Below, in pieces: positions 52,310-64,000 of a stretch of DNA of 64,000 nucleotides. The position numbers and the translations under genes were made by a program. Source of the stretch: Octopus vulgaris (taxonomy: Eukaryota); the NCBI GenBank assembly GCA_951406725.2, contig OX597816.1:134292001-134356000 (forward strand), written 5' to 3'. A model generated the notes under the pieces. The model did no database searches. It saw only the letters and a program-made list of their open reading frames with translations, and was not told where the DNA came from. Each line of letters starts with the position of its first letter. Position 1 is the first letter of the stretch.

Positions 52310-54659
52310 GTAAGTCTTCACCAACATTGTGACACAAAACATTAATTGGTATATGTTGTTTAACAGTGAAATGACCTTTAATATACCTGTTAATTTTCTC
52401 CACCATTCTCGTACTTAAATTACCTCCTTTTTTTTTCCTACTTGATATTGGTTTCAAATTTTGGCATAAGGCCAGCATGTTCAAGGGAGGGAGTAAGTTG
52501 ATTACTACGACCCCGGTGTTCAACTGGTACTTCTTTTATCAACCCTGAAAGGATGAAAGGCAAAGTCAATCTTGGTGGAATTTGAACTTAGAACATAAAA
52601 ACAGACAAAATTCTGCTAAGCATTTTGCCTGCCATGCTAATGATTCTGCTAGCTCACCACCTTGAGGCAGGTAGAATATTGCTAGCATTAATGTTTGAAG
52701 AAATTTTGTTATTATTCTCTTTTTCATCCTTATTACTCGGCAACTAGTATGCGGTAGTATCAAAAACTTCCCAGACTTTAGGGTTACAGGGTAAGTTGGT
52801 TACATCGACCCCAGTACCTAACTGGTACTTATTTTATCAACCCTGAAAGAATGAAAGGCAAAGTTGATCTTAACAGAATTTGAACTCAGAACATATGTGG
52901 ATGAAATGCCACTAAGCATCTTGCCCAGTGTGCTAATGATTCTGCCAGTTCACTACCCTTTTCCATCTTAATATTGAAGTCAAATCATTCCTAGCATATT
53001 ACTGCCATTGGAGCACCTGCATATTTTTTATCACTCTTTCCCCACCTCTCTCTCTGTCATGGGCTTTTAGGCCCTTACCTGCCTGGTATAGACTTTAGCA
53101 TTGGTATATCTTCCATTCAAGTATTTGCTTGGGTTTTATATTTCTGGTGGTGCCCATACCCTCCCTAGGGTGTGGTGCTTCTGGCTCTCAAGAATCTCAT
53201 CCCCTTTTGGGAGGTTTTGTTTTTTAATTTTGCTGGATGCCTACACACCCTTCTCATGGGGCAAGTCCAGTAAGGCTTAGTTGCTGATTACTCAACCATG
53301 AGCATGTAATACTGGACTACATACTAGTAGTAGGCACCTCTAACAGTTTGTGATAGAATTGAAGTTTTAGTGTCAGACACCTGACAATAAAATTAAGGTC
53401 TGTGCTCACAATATCTAGATTTTGCAAGTGGTCATCCACCTAAATACTAACTAGGATTGCTATTACTTAACTTTGGCAATCAAATGAGAACTGACATTTC
53501 CAACATGATATAGATGTGAACAAAATTGATGAAATAATAAAGTATCAATATCATTATTTTTTTTTCTTGGTTTGGACTAGAGGGAAAAGGTGTGCCCCTC
53601 TAAAATCAGTGAGATTGCTGTCATTAGAATTACTCTTGAACAATTACTAGTTGATAACGATGAAAAAAAAACAAAAAAAAACGTGTAAAGTGAAGGAATT
53701 CTAGAACACTAAATGTTCTGGGAAGGAAGGAAGGACTAAACATAGTGGGTAGGTCAGGGTTGGTGGGGTGGGGGTCAACACAATATAGATGATGAGAAGG
53801 AGAGATGAGTAAGGGCTTGAATGGAGGTGGCACAAGACCAGCCAACTGCAGTAGAATTGGCAAAAAGAGAGAGAGAGGATGTGGCACATCTGTTGGCAAG
53901 AATTCAAAATGTATTTGTGAGTAGATTCATGCCAAAGATTGGCCTTTCTTTATATGCAGTCTTGGGATATCTGTGTTTGTAGTAGCAGCACTGTTCTAGA
54001 TGTCGTAGCAGTACTCCATTTTGGGTCCCACCTCAGAAGATTAGTAGCTATTGGAGGCTGAAGTATTTTCTGACTCTGAAGTGAAAAGCCAGTCTTTATG
54101 ATGCAATCTATCCTTTTTTAGATTGTGTAGTTATGCAAAATTATTGATGGTTACATTTCAGGATGACCAATTAGTGAATCATTAAAAGAAAGTTAACCAT
54201 TAAAAAAAGATGTTATAATAATTGTAGGTTAGGTTTTTCTAAGAAAATAGAAAATTCCAACACCTGTTTCAAAGATTAAACCACTTCTATTAACTTACAC
54301 ACTACCTCTACATCAGTTAACATGCTGCAAAAAGAAAAGAGTAATTATGGCTGAAGAGGAACTATATGAAAAAGATTTATTTCTGAATAATTTTGGTGAA
54401 AGAAAAGACAATATATATTCAACATGTTTGAACATGATTGAAGTACCCAAAAACAATAGTTAAAAAGCAAGAAATGTTTTAATCAAGTTAAATTTTATTA
54501 TAATTTTACAAAAATAATGAGTTATGAAAATAATGAAAACATTTGCTATTTTAACCTTTTTTAAAAATTATATTTAAAATTAAATTTCTTTTAACAAGAA
54601 CTGATTTTATTTCAAGCACAATAAAAAAAATTGAGTCAAAACTTAATTTCTTTTTTTAG

Positions 54660-54750
54660 GTCTGCTCTTCTTCCTCTGTATTTGCTAGAATTTCATCCAT
54701 TTCTTGCTTTAGCTGCTCAGATTCCAAGAACCCTGAACTATTTAATGCAA
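54660..54750 (+). CDS. Host gene exon 17 (SALLPLYLLEFHPFLALAAQIPRTLNYLMQ)
   Basis: poly-T-ag acceptor, CAA|gtaagc donor, phase 2/0. Confidence 0.88.
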
Positions 54751-56725
54751 GTAAGCTAAATTTGTTTTAATGTAAATTCTATAAGTGACATTTATTGCAA
54801 AGCTATGGATTAATAAAAATGATAAATGTAACTAAGAAGATAAAGCATCATCTTCTTGGCTGACATGTTGGGAGTTTGTATCTTATTAATATTGTTGTAA
54901 TGCAATAAAGATCAAGATGAAGAGACTGATCAATTTTCAATCCAATAGATTTGAAGTGAACCAAGGAGCTATCAGGTTCTCAAATACAAAATTTATTTCA
55001 TTGCTTAAAGATATAATGACATAAGGGAAATAACTCAAAGGACCAATGGAATGGATTTGGATAATTAAGTTAATGACTGATGTACTGTATACTATGCAAA
55101 AAGATTCTCAATTCATTGAAATTCACTTCTTAACAGCCAACAAAAACTAGCTGACATTTTTTTTTATGGAAAAATTAATTGAAAGTATGTCCCTTCTTAG
55201 AATGTTAACAATTGCAGCTAAACCTTTGTTTTCTTTCACCAAGAGGAAGGATAGTTTTGTGGGACTTTATGGAAAACTTTGGATTGTAGTGATTGCCCAT
55301 AGAACATCATTAGCAAACTCTCTCCATATCATTTCAAGAAAGATATTTATGATACACTTGACCATATATAGTCAAATGTGAAATAACTTCAATGTTGTTG
55401 GAAATCAGTATAAAAATTAGTAAAACATTACCAATTAAAAGGAGCAGTTTTGTCATAGAGTAACTGGTAGAGTTAATAATAACATTAAAGATATTGATAT
55501 TATTTTAGAGATAGCATATGAAGTTTAGGAAGTTGTTGAGTGTGTCGAGTCATAGGTTTTATGGTAGATTAGCTGTTGATGATTTGTTGGAGATGATAGA
55601 TACTTAAGCTTCAATCAACAGGTAGTTGTTTGGAGGAAAATAAAAGAAGTGAATTAACTCTAATGTTTACAAATATAATGGTTCCAAAAAAGATGGAAGG
55701 AAACTTTAGTTTGGGGCTCCATTGCTTATGATGACAAGGGTTCCAGTTGATCCAATCAATGGAACAGCCTGCCTGTGAAATTAATGTGCATGTGGCGGAG
55801 CACTCCACAAACATGCATACCCTTAATATAGTTCTCAGGGAGATTCAGCGTGATAGAGAATGTGACAAGGCTGGCCCTTTGAAATACATTTTTGTTAGCT
55901 GAGTGGACTAGAGCAACATCAAATAAAGTCTCTTGCACAAGGACACAATGCATTGCTAGGAATTGAACTCATGACCTTATGATTGTGAGCCGAATAACCT
56001 AACCACTAAGCCATGCACCTTCACAAACTTACAAGAAGTAAGAAGGTTGCTATTGTTTAGTCATAGGTTAGACCTGATGGAGGAGACCTATTATCAAAGA
56101 CATCTCAGCTATGACCATTTCATTTTTTCTCTCTTTTTTGAGATAATGTGTATTCAGGACCACATTATCCAAACTGTTCTTTTTTTAAGATGGTTAGAAT
56201 AAAAGGGATACTTTGGCAGGTATTTCTAACATATTAAGTGGCCATGTAGAGGCAACATGAGTTGAGGCAGAAGCTGAGATGAGTGCAGTAAAGTTGCTTT
56301 GAAGTTATGGTACATGAAGAAGTTGCTTGCAAAAGGCAGAGTTAGGCAATGGTTTTGAATGACCCTGGTTTTAATACCAAAGCCAACTTCTTGGATTGTT
56401 TTCTCTCCTTCCTGCTTTCCTTTCCAAAAGTAAGCATAACCAGAACTTGTCTCTTAAAGTTTTCTTTCTCTTGTGCCCTGTTTCATGTAAGGAAGTAATA
56501 TTGATGTTGAAACTCAAGAATTCTTTCAAGGCAAGTGTTGTTTATATCAAGATGTGTTCTTATGTTCCATATTTTGAAGATCCATGAAAGCATTTGATTT
56601 TTAGTTATTTTCTTGGGCCTTCCTTGTTCAGGATGATCATGAGAGAATCGTGCATATGTATATGTGTATTAAATGATTTTGTGAAAAATTTTGATAATTA
56701 TTTAACTTTTTTTTTTTTTTTTAAG

Positions 56726-56863
56726 GAACTTTGTTACAAGATCATGCCCAACAACAATGGAAAGCTAATAGCTGTGGAAAAACTGATGTTGGAAATAGCC
56801 TTATCAGAATGGAATTCTATGCAGAAAATAGGGCTTTCATACCGTCATCAAGACCAGAAACAT
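56726..56863 (+). CDS. Host gene exon 18 (ELCYKIMP...YRHQDQKH)
   Basis: poly-T-aag acceptor, CAT|gtattc donor, 138 nt, phase 0/0. Confidence 0.8.
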
Positions 56864-57405
56864 GTATTCATTTGTTTTGAAATAAGGCTACATTTTAATT
56901 ATTCCATTTTGTATGCTATCATATGATATGTGTGTGTGTGTCTGTGTGTTTGTGTGTACATGTGTGTGTGTGTGTGTGTTAAGGCGCATGGCTCAGTGGT
57001 TAGAATATCGAGCTTATGATCGTGAGGTTGTGAGTTCGATTCCTGGACTGGACTGCATGTTGTGTTCTTGAGCAAGACACTTTATTTCACGTTGCTCCAG
57101 TTAACTCAGCTGTAGAAATGAGTTGCGACATCACTGGTGCCAAGCTGTATCGGCCTTTTGCCTTTGCCTTTCCCTTGGATAACATCAGGGGTGTGGAGAG
57201 GGGAGGCTGGTATGCATGGGTGACTGGTGGCCTTCCACAAACAATCTTGCCTTGACTTGTGCCTCAGAGGGCAACTTTCTAAATGTAATCCCATGGTCAT
57301 TCATGACTGAAGTGGGTTTCCATATAAACTTAGATAAACTTAGATATGTTTCGACCAAAGATTGGTCCAGGCCATGTCTAACTTAATAGCACCACCTGAT
57401 AGGAT

Positions 57406-57441
<36 letters not shown>

Positions 57442-57447
57442 ATGTAT

Positions 57448-57524
<77 letters not shown>

Positions 57525-58139
57525 TATATGTATATTAAAAACAAACTTAAGTTCCTTTCACGCACATTTACTATCGCCATTTATTCATTTATCAAATTTT
57601 GTCACATAGTCACTTATTTCTCTAATTTTGACACAGATTAGCTGACTGAAATTTCTAAGATTTTTCACTTCTATTTCACTGTTATCAGCATTTGCTGTTT
57701 CATTAAATTATGTTACCCAAAATTCCAAAAGAATATTTTTCTCCTTCGTGTTCTATCCTTGACCAGCCTAACTCTGCCTCCCCTCTCTCTCTCTCCCTCC
57801 CTCTCTCTCTCTCTGTTTCGATAGCCACTTCCTCCTCCTCCATTACTCCACCCTATATAAACTCGCTCACTTGGATTCCACTACTTCATTTTAATAACTC
57901 TGCCAAAAGAAAACAAATCCAGGAGATATTCTTCTCTAATTTTGCAGTACTGGAAATCCCTATCCTCTGACATCTTTTGGTTGTCTTCCACGAACACTTC
58001 TGAAGGCTTAATGCCATCCCCACCCCTACTTATGGTTTATCTCCTATGTAAGGTAGTGATCATGTAGCGCATAAAAATGATGGTGTATTGTATGCAGGTT
58101 AAAGGATATTGTTTGTTTATGAATTCTGCCGAATGCAAG

Positions 58140-59180
58140 CTTTCTTTTCAGGTACATGACGCTGCTGTCCCTATCCCAGGGTCTCATGGGCCCACACCTC
58201 CCACACCCTCAGGGTTGGCACACTCAACGTAGGCACACTGAAAGGTAGGTCTGGTGAGGTTGTTGAGATACTTGAATGGAGACGTGTTGAGTTGTGCTGC
58301 ATCCAAGATGTAAGGTGGAGAGAAGGTTCTGCTAGGTTCCTCACAGGCAAAGAACAAGATTTTCTGGGCAGGGAACACTGACAGGAGTATACTTCTTGCA
58401 GAGAAATGGGTTGATAAGGTAATCGAGGTAGTCAGGGTCTGCAATAGAATATTTAGGATTAGATTAGGGCTACATCATGGGTTAGCAACCATTATCTCAG
58501 CCTATGCCCCTCAACCAGGGCTACCTGATGGACAGAAAGACCGATTTTATGACACCCTCTTGCTGACTAACTCGTTGACAAATGAAGGGACCTTCAGTTT
58601 GTGGCAGGTGACTTCAATGGACATGTTGGACATGCAGGGGGCTTCCATGGCATACGTGGAGGTTATGGTTTTGGTTCCCGCAATGAGGAAGGAACCAGGC
58701 TGCTGGAGTTCTGTGATGCAAATGATCTTATGGTTTGCAATACTAACTTCAGGAAACCTACCAGTCACCTAGTCACCTACTGATCTAGTAGACACACTAG
58801 CCAAATTGACTACATCCTTGCCAGAAAAAGAGAAAGCTGGCTGCTTATAAATGCTAAAAACCTTCCCAGGCAAAGAATGTACCCCAAAACATAGACTAGT
58901 AGTTAGCGACTTCAGGATCAGGGCTAAATGGATGCTCAGAAAATGACCAGCATGGAGGAGAAGGGTCTGGAAGCTTAAAGATCCTGTGAATGGACAGAGA
59001 TTTAGAGACATTACTTAAAGCTTTTGACAAAATAGAGGGGGATATAGCATCACATGATGTGGAAGACAACTGGAGGTTTCTACGGGACAACCTACTGAGG
59101 GCCACTGACCAGATCTGTGGATGGTGCAAATTCCCCTCTCAACACAAGATAACGTGGTGGTGGAACAATGTTGTTGACAG
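58140..59180 (+). pseudogene. Degraded APE-endonuclease 5' region of an RTE LINE
   Basis: LNVGTL, SAYAPQ, AGDFNGHVG, RNEEGTRLLEFC, IDYIL, WWW; frameshifts and stops. Confidence 0.85.
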
Positions 59181-59182
59181 CA

Positions 59183-59622
59183 TGTAAAAGTTCCCTAATG
59201 AGTGAAGTAAAAACCTTCATTTTGAATTTCAATCTGATCAGCTGATAAATTTTTGCTCACATTTTGGTGGGTGCCACTTGTAGCAGGTCTTTCAGGGATG
59301 TTCTTTCACTTTTGTGCATGGCCCATTGCCTTATTACTCTAAGCTTGCCAAAGCATACTCAGTGTTTCCAGAGAAAACTTCCCAAGTTTAACACAAAATT
59401 TCATGTTTGCTCTTTGTTCTTGTTCATGACAAATTCACAGACTACAGCATATATATGATCACAAAACACAAATTTCACAACTTGTGAAGTGAACACAGTG
59501 ATGTCACTTGGCACACTGCTTCATGGATGTCACTGCTAGTTCTCGCTGCACATGCAACTGTGTGCTGCCATCTGTTGGCATGCTACAGAACTAAACCAGG
59601 AACATTTTGATGCCACCTCATG
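59183..59622 (-). mobile_element. Mariner-like remnant end
   Basis: AVCEFV.N..Q.A.MKFCVKLGK-like N-terminal frame and TIR-like ttttgatgccacctca. Confidence 0.55.
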
Positions 59623-60870
59623 CAGCTGGATAGCCTTCTTGTTCTCATCATTCGCTTACTTCCAAGCAAGTCGATATCTCCATAACCAGACATATTTTCA
59701 GGGTAGATAGGAAATGAATGATACTCTTTTGTTATGACAGTGATGCTCATTTACAACTATCATTTGATGCCAAGTAAAGAAGCACAACACACATGTGAAT
59801 TCACAAACACACTCATCGATTAGTTAAATCTAATCTATCACCTAGTTTAACTTAACAGTTTGGTAAAAAGACATTGATAGAATAAGAAGTAAGCTTAACA
59901 AAAAATAGGTACTGGAATTGATTCATTTATCTAAATATTTTTCAAGATGGTGCTCCAGCATGGCCACAGTCTAATAACCGAAACAAGTAAAAAGTAAAAG
60001 GTGTATCCACACTCTCCAAATGCTCACTTGCACATGCACACACATGCATGCATGCACACGCACACATTCTTTCTCTCTCATGATGATGATGATGATGATG
60101 GACTCTCCTATTGTAGATGATAGATGAGGGTTCCATAATTTCTTGCTGAACAACTTTCACAGATTTCTTACTTATAGTAATCAAATGTTAGTGCTGTACA
60201 TTAGCTCACTCCCTCAATCAAATTAACATTATCTGTTGGGATGCACAATGTGCCACACATCAGATGTTGAAGTGATTGCAGAGCAACTTCAGTTGAAGTG
60301 TTTTTACTCAAGAACACAATGCACTACCCACTCAGGGCATTGAGATCATGATCTCATAATCGTAAGTACAACTCCCTAACCACAAGGCTGTGTGCCCTCA
60401 CAAATGCATGTGTTGGTGTGTTTACATGCCTGTAATTTAGCGGTTCAGCAAAAGAAACCAACAGAATCAGTACCAGACTTAAAAAGAAAATAAATACTGG
60501 AGCCAATTAGTCTGACTAAAATATTCCTCAAGGCAGTGCCCCAGCATAGCCACAGTCTAAAGACTGAAACGAGTAAAACATAAAAGATAAAAGATATATA
60601 CACACATACTTATATACATACATTTATATATATCTGTATGTTTATATATATAAACTAAGAAAGATACCATGCATTACTTGGGTAAAAATGAGGGCCCTGT
60701 TAAGGGGGTTTCTTTTCATCTTGTATTCTCATGTTTCTTTCTTTGACTTACTGGTTGACTCACTTCTTTGACACCCATTTCAAAATTTTGTTTGGTTGTT
60801 TAATGTTACTACTTGCTGCCATTGAATGTTTCTTGAAATATTCCTATCATAATTGCTCTATTTATTATAG

Positions 60871-61011
60871 GTATTCTTTGATAGTTATATTGAAGACCCT
60901 CTGTTGATGAGTGAGTTAGTGTGCAAAAATATTGCTGCAACTGAACAGACTGAAAAAAGCCATGCAGACAAACAAATTGACAGCATCGATGAAATAAGAC
61001 ACATGCTTGAG
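60871..61011 (+). CDS. Host gene exon 19 (VFFDSYIEDPLLM...IRHMLE)
   Basis: ttatag acceptor, GAG|gtatat donor, 141 nt, phase 0/0. Confidence 0.82.
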
Positions 61012-61560
61012 GTATATACCATCATATATTTCTATTCCAAATAATATTTTTACTCACCTACTACAGTTTTATGTTGGAAACGTCTTTGTTTACAGAATAA
61101 CTCATTCATAGTTGCTTCAATAAATATGAAACCTCTATTTCATAAGTCTGAAGATACAGAAATGGAAAGTTTTAGTTTTTAAACTTTTCAAGAAAATTAA
61201 CAACAAAGGTCAAGTTGTTCACACTGGAAATTAAATGGTGTTATGGTCTCTGTTTACTAATAACATACTTCTGTGTTATGATTTCCACTTTTGTGATTAA
61301 TAAAAATACATGTTTTGTAGTTTATCTCTTGGCTCATAGAAAGTATTTATTTGGAGCTGGGCTTTGTGAATTGACTCTGAGAAATCTAAAATACTGATCT
61401 AATCAGGAGAATCTGTTTCATGGATACAATGATGGCCTGATATTATTTGTAAAATAGCTAGCCTGTGCACCAGTAACTGAAAATATAAATATCCTTCAAG
61501 TAATAATGTCTCTGTGATGGAGTTTCATAAACTAGCCAAATATAAAAATTGAGAAATAGT

Positions 61561-61900
61561 TGTGATATGAAGGAAGAAGACGGAAGCAAAGAGAGAATTA
61601 TGGTAGTCTTACTTGTCGGTCAGGAAAAGGGTCGCTTTCAACATCCACATGCTCTGTCTCGACCTGCAAGATTCACATTGAGTGAATCTTGCAGATCCAC
61701 ATGCACTATCCATTGCTGTACAATCTAACATGTCTGCTCTGATGCGCTGTTCACCGCCAATTGACTCCTCGTGCCTTGCTGACTCTGCATGCCCACCGTG
61801 GCCCTTCTGGCAGGACCCACAGGCCCCACTACCAACAGGACATGCCTACTTCCTCACTTCCAATCCTTCTCTACAACACAGCCTGGCTCATAATACCACA
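61561..61900 (-). repeat. 3' LTR (340 bp) of the Gypsy element, with PPT at 61901..61909
   Basis: TGTGATATGA...TCATAATACCACA inverted termini (TG..CA); adjacent AGAGGGGCG purine tract on - strand. Confidence 0.7.
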
Positions 61901-64000
61901 CGCCCCTCTGATCTGAAGATCATTCAACCAACCTGCCACAGCCTCTCCTCAACCCTGACCACACACCTTAACTTGTCTCGTAATCAGCAAACAAGTGAGG
62001 AAGGCACCACTCCCTCTGTGACTGCCATGGAACTTCAGGACTGGCCTCGTTCTTGGCATGTTGCTGTTGGCTTCGTCTTCTTGTCCATTACTGTTGGCTC
62101 CATCCTCCATTGCAGTGATGATCCTGTGCACATCCAAAACATGTTGTGGCATGCTGTCTACAGACACATTGTTCCTCAAATTTACAGAGGTTATTGCCCT
62201 CTTTCCCCACTGTGATGTGCATTGCGCATTTGGGGATTTAACCCAGACTTCTTCCCCAATCTGAACAAAGGCATGCTCTTTCTCTTCTGCAGGATGTGGT
62301 GATGCGGTATATTGATATCCCCACTTGTACTCCTCAGCCTGTCCCATACTGGGCAACATATTATACCAAAAACGACCTCAACCGGTGAGATGTGGCCCCT
62401 CTCTGCTATGGTCATGATGGTACGATGATGCCTCTCCACAACCTCTTTCCCACTTGGCCAGTATGCCGCCCTGAAGAAACAGCTGACATGCCACTTGTTG
62501 AGTATTTCCTCCAGCACCTTCAACCAAAATGCAGTGCCATTGTCTATAAGCAGCTCATCCATGGGGCATCATTCTAGGAATATCTCATTCAGTATTCTTG
62601 TAATTTCCTCCATGGTCCCCATCTTCATCTCCCTCCATATAGCCAACTGCCCTGGTCTGCAGTCGACCATCGAGATGTATGTCCCCTGCCGGTAGTGCAC
62701 CACATCCGCTGCTAGTCATTTCCAGTTGTGTTCAACTGGAATGATTCCTGCCTCATGCACACCTGGAGTGGGGTCAATGGACTAGCACCTGTTGCAGCTC
62801 CCAACTACTCTTTGCACACTCTGGTCATGTCAGAATCAACTTTCTTGGCTAGGAACAGGGTTCTGTCTACCCCCATGTGATGCAAGGTATGCGGTCTCTT
62901 CAGCTCAGTCATTCAGTCAACACACTGCAGCCACTCCTTGCTCCAGATCCTCTGGCACCTGCAACCAGGCTTTCTTTACTCTGGTTAGGACATCTGCTCT
63001 ATTCCTCTCAGAGGGCACAAAAACCACACTCAGCCTTGGATCAAACTCAGTAGCTAGCTCGTCCAGAATTTCCAAACGGCGTTTTATCAGCATCTCTGTG
63101 CTCCCTTTGGTTCACACCCTCTGCTTGCCAGTAACCACTTATCCCACCCATCTAAGTACAGTGGCCGAATTGGTTTGGATCTCGATGGTATGCAGCCCCC
63201 ACCTCAGGATCAGGTTCAGCCCCTTCAATACAGCATCCAGTTCTGCCGCATTGATGTGGTTGCAGTCGTCCTTCTTCCTAAATCAGGCCACATCCTCCAC
63301 CACGACACCTCAAATTTCCAGGACAACTTCCATTGCTTTGCTGCTGGCATCACACCACATGATCCTATTCTTCAATTTGGGCACATACCTGTTTCCTCTT
63401 ACAGGGTCCTCCACAGTCACTCTCTCCAAGACTTTTTTCATCATGGTGGTTGTCTTTTCACCCACGTTATCACTCCACCTCACTCCTTCAGCTCGCCTCT
63501 TAATGAAGCTGCATGCTGTCCGGAGATATCCTGCAATTGGGTAGTATCCCAGCAGCTTCCCATACACAAAACAGTTCTTGCCTACTTCTCTTGGAGCCCA
63601 GTTCTGAGATCTCATTCCCTCTCCAAAACACCAATGTGCCAGCCTTGTTTCTCTGTAGCTTGAGTCCCAGTGCAGCTCCTCCTTCCATCGCCTCCGGCAG
63701 TTTGGCAGTTAGCCCAAAACTCTTTAGGTGGCTTATGACCTCCTTTGCTGACACTATGCTCTTGTCCACCAGGATGTCATCAATATTGGAATTGGTGGCT
63801 CTTTTCACTTTGTTGGCCTTTCCCAGGATGGTTTTGAGAATCGTCGCCATAATCTTCGTTACCGAATTTAGCCCAAATCCCAACCTGGTCAGGCAGTATG
63901 TCTGTCCCTTATACTTTACTAGCTGATATCTCCACAGTCTCTCAGCCACATGCAGCTGCAGGTATGCCGACTTCAAATTGACGATTGTGGAGGCCCCTGT
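61901..64000 (-). mobile_element. Ty3/Gypsy LTR retrotransposon pol remnant (RT-RNaseH-integrase), runs off the window
   Basis: DLKSAYLQ, RLGFGL, NIDDILV, WCDASS, DNGTAF, VERHHRT in RT-RH-INT order; frameshifts and stops. Confidence 0.88.

Noticed and set aside
57340-57375. GACCA-loop-TGGTC-GAAAC on the - strand (and a similar half motif at ~6042..6060)
   Set aside because: No recognisable CUGANGA-type 5' core in the right position.
56864-60880. Intron begins gtattc and the next exon also begins GTATTC
   Set aside because: A 6-nt match is plausible by chance and does not make the junction ambiguous.
62792-63544. 250-aa + strand ORF
   Set aside because: Antisense shadow of the Gypsy pol region.

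Overview
Eukaryotic, AT-rich, microsatellite- and transposon-dense DNA. The SINE/RTE/(TA)n content points to a coleoid cephalopod, most likely Octopus (inference). The whole window lies inside one large + strand gene: I traced 19 short GT-AG exons (4456..61011) whose splice phases join into one open frame of about 826 codons, resembling the uncharacterised CCDC162/C6orf183 family; its start and stop are outside the window. The introns hold a young 5'-truncated RTE LINE with a PHD-like finger inside its RT, many older RTE/CR1-like fragments, Tc1 (DD34E), maT (DD37D) and mariner remnants, non-autonomous Helitrons, piggyBac/hAT/Tc1-type MITEs, three tRNA-type SINE families and the 3' part of a Ty3/Gypsy LTR element. 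The most unusual signals are candidate RNA structures in small repeats: a minimal type-I hammerhead-like fold with a swapped G3:C8 core inside a 119-bp fold-back, a second minimal hammerhead-like motif, an HDV-like fold at the 5' end of a SINE-like repeat, long near-perfect fold-backs, and an AB-alternating 61-bp array in LINE 3' UTRs. All folds were derived by eye and none has been tested. Most ORFs in the supplied track are spurious microsatellite or antisense frames.
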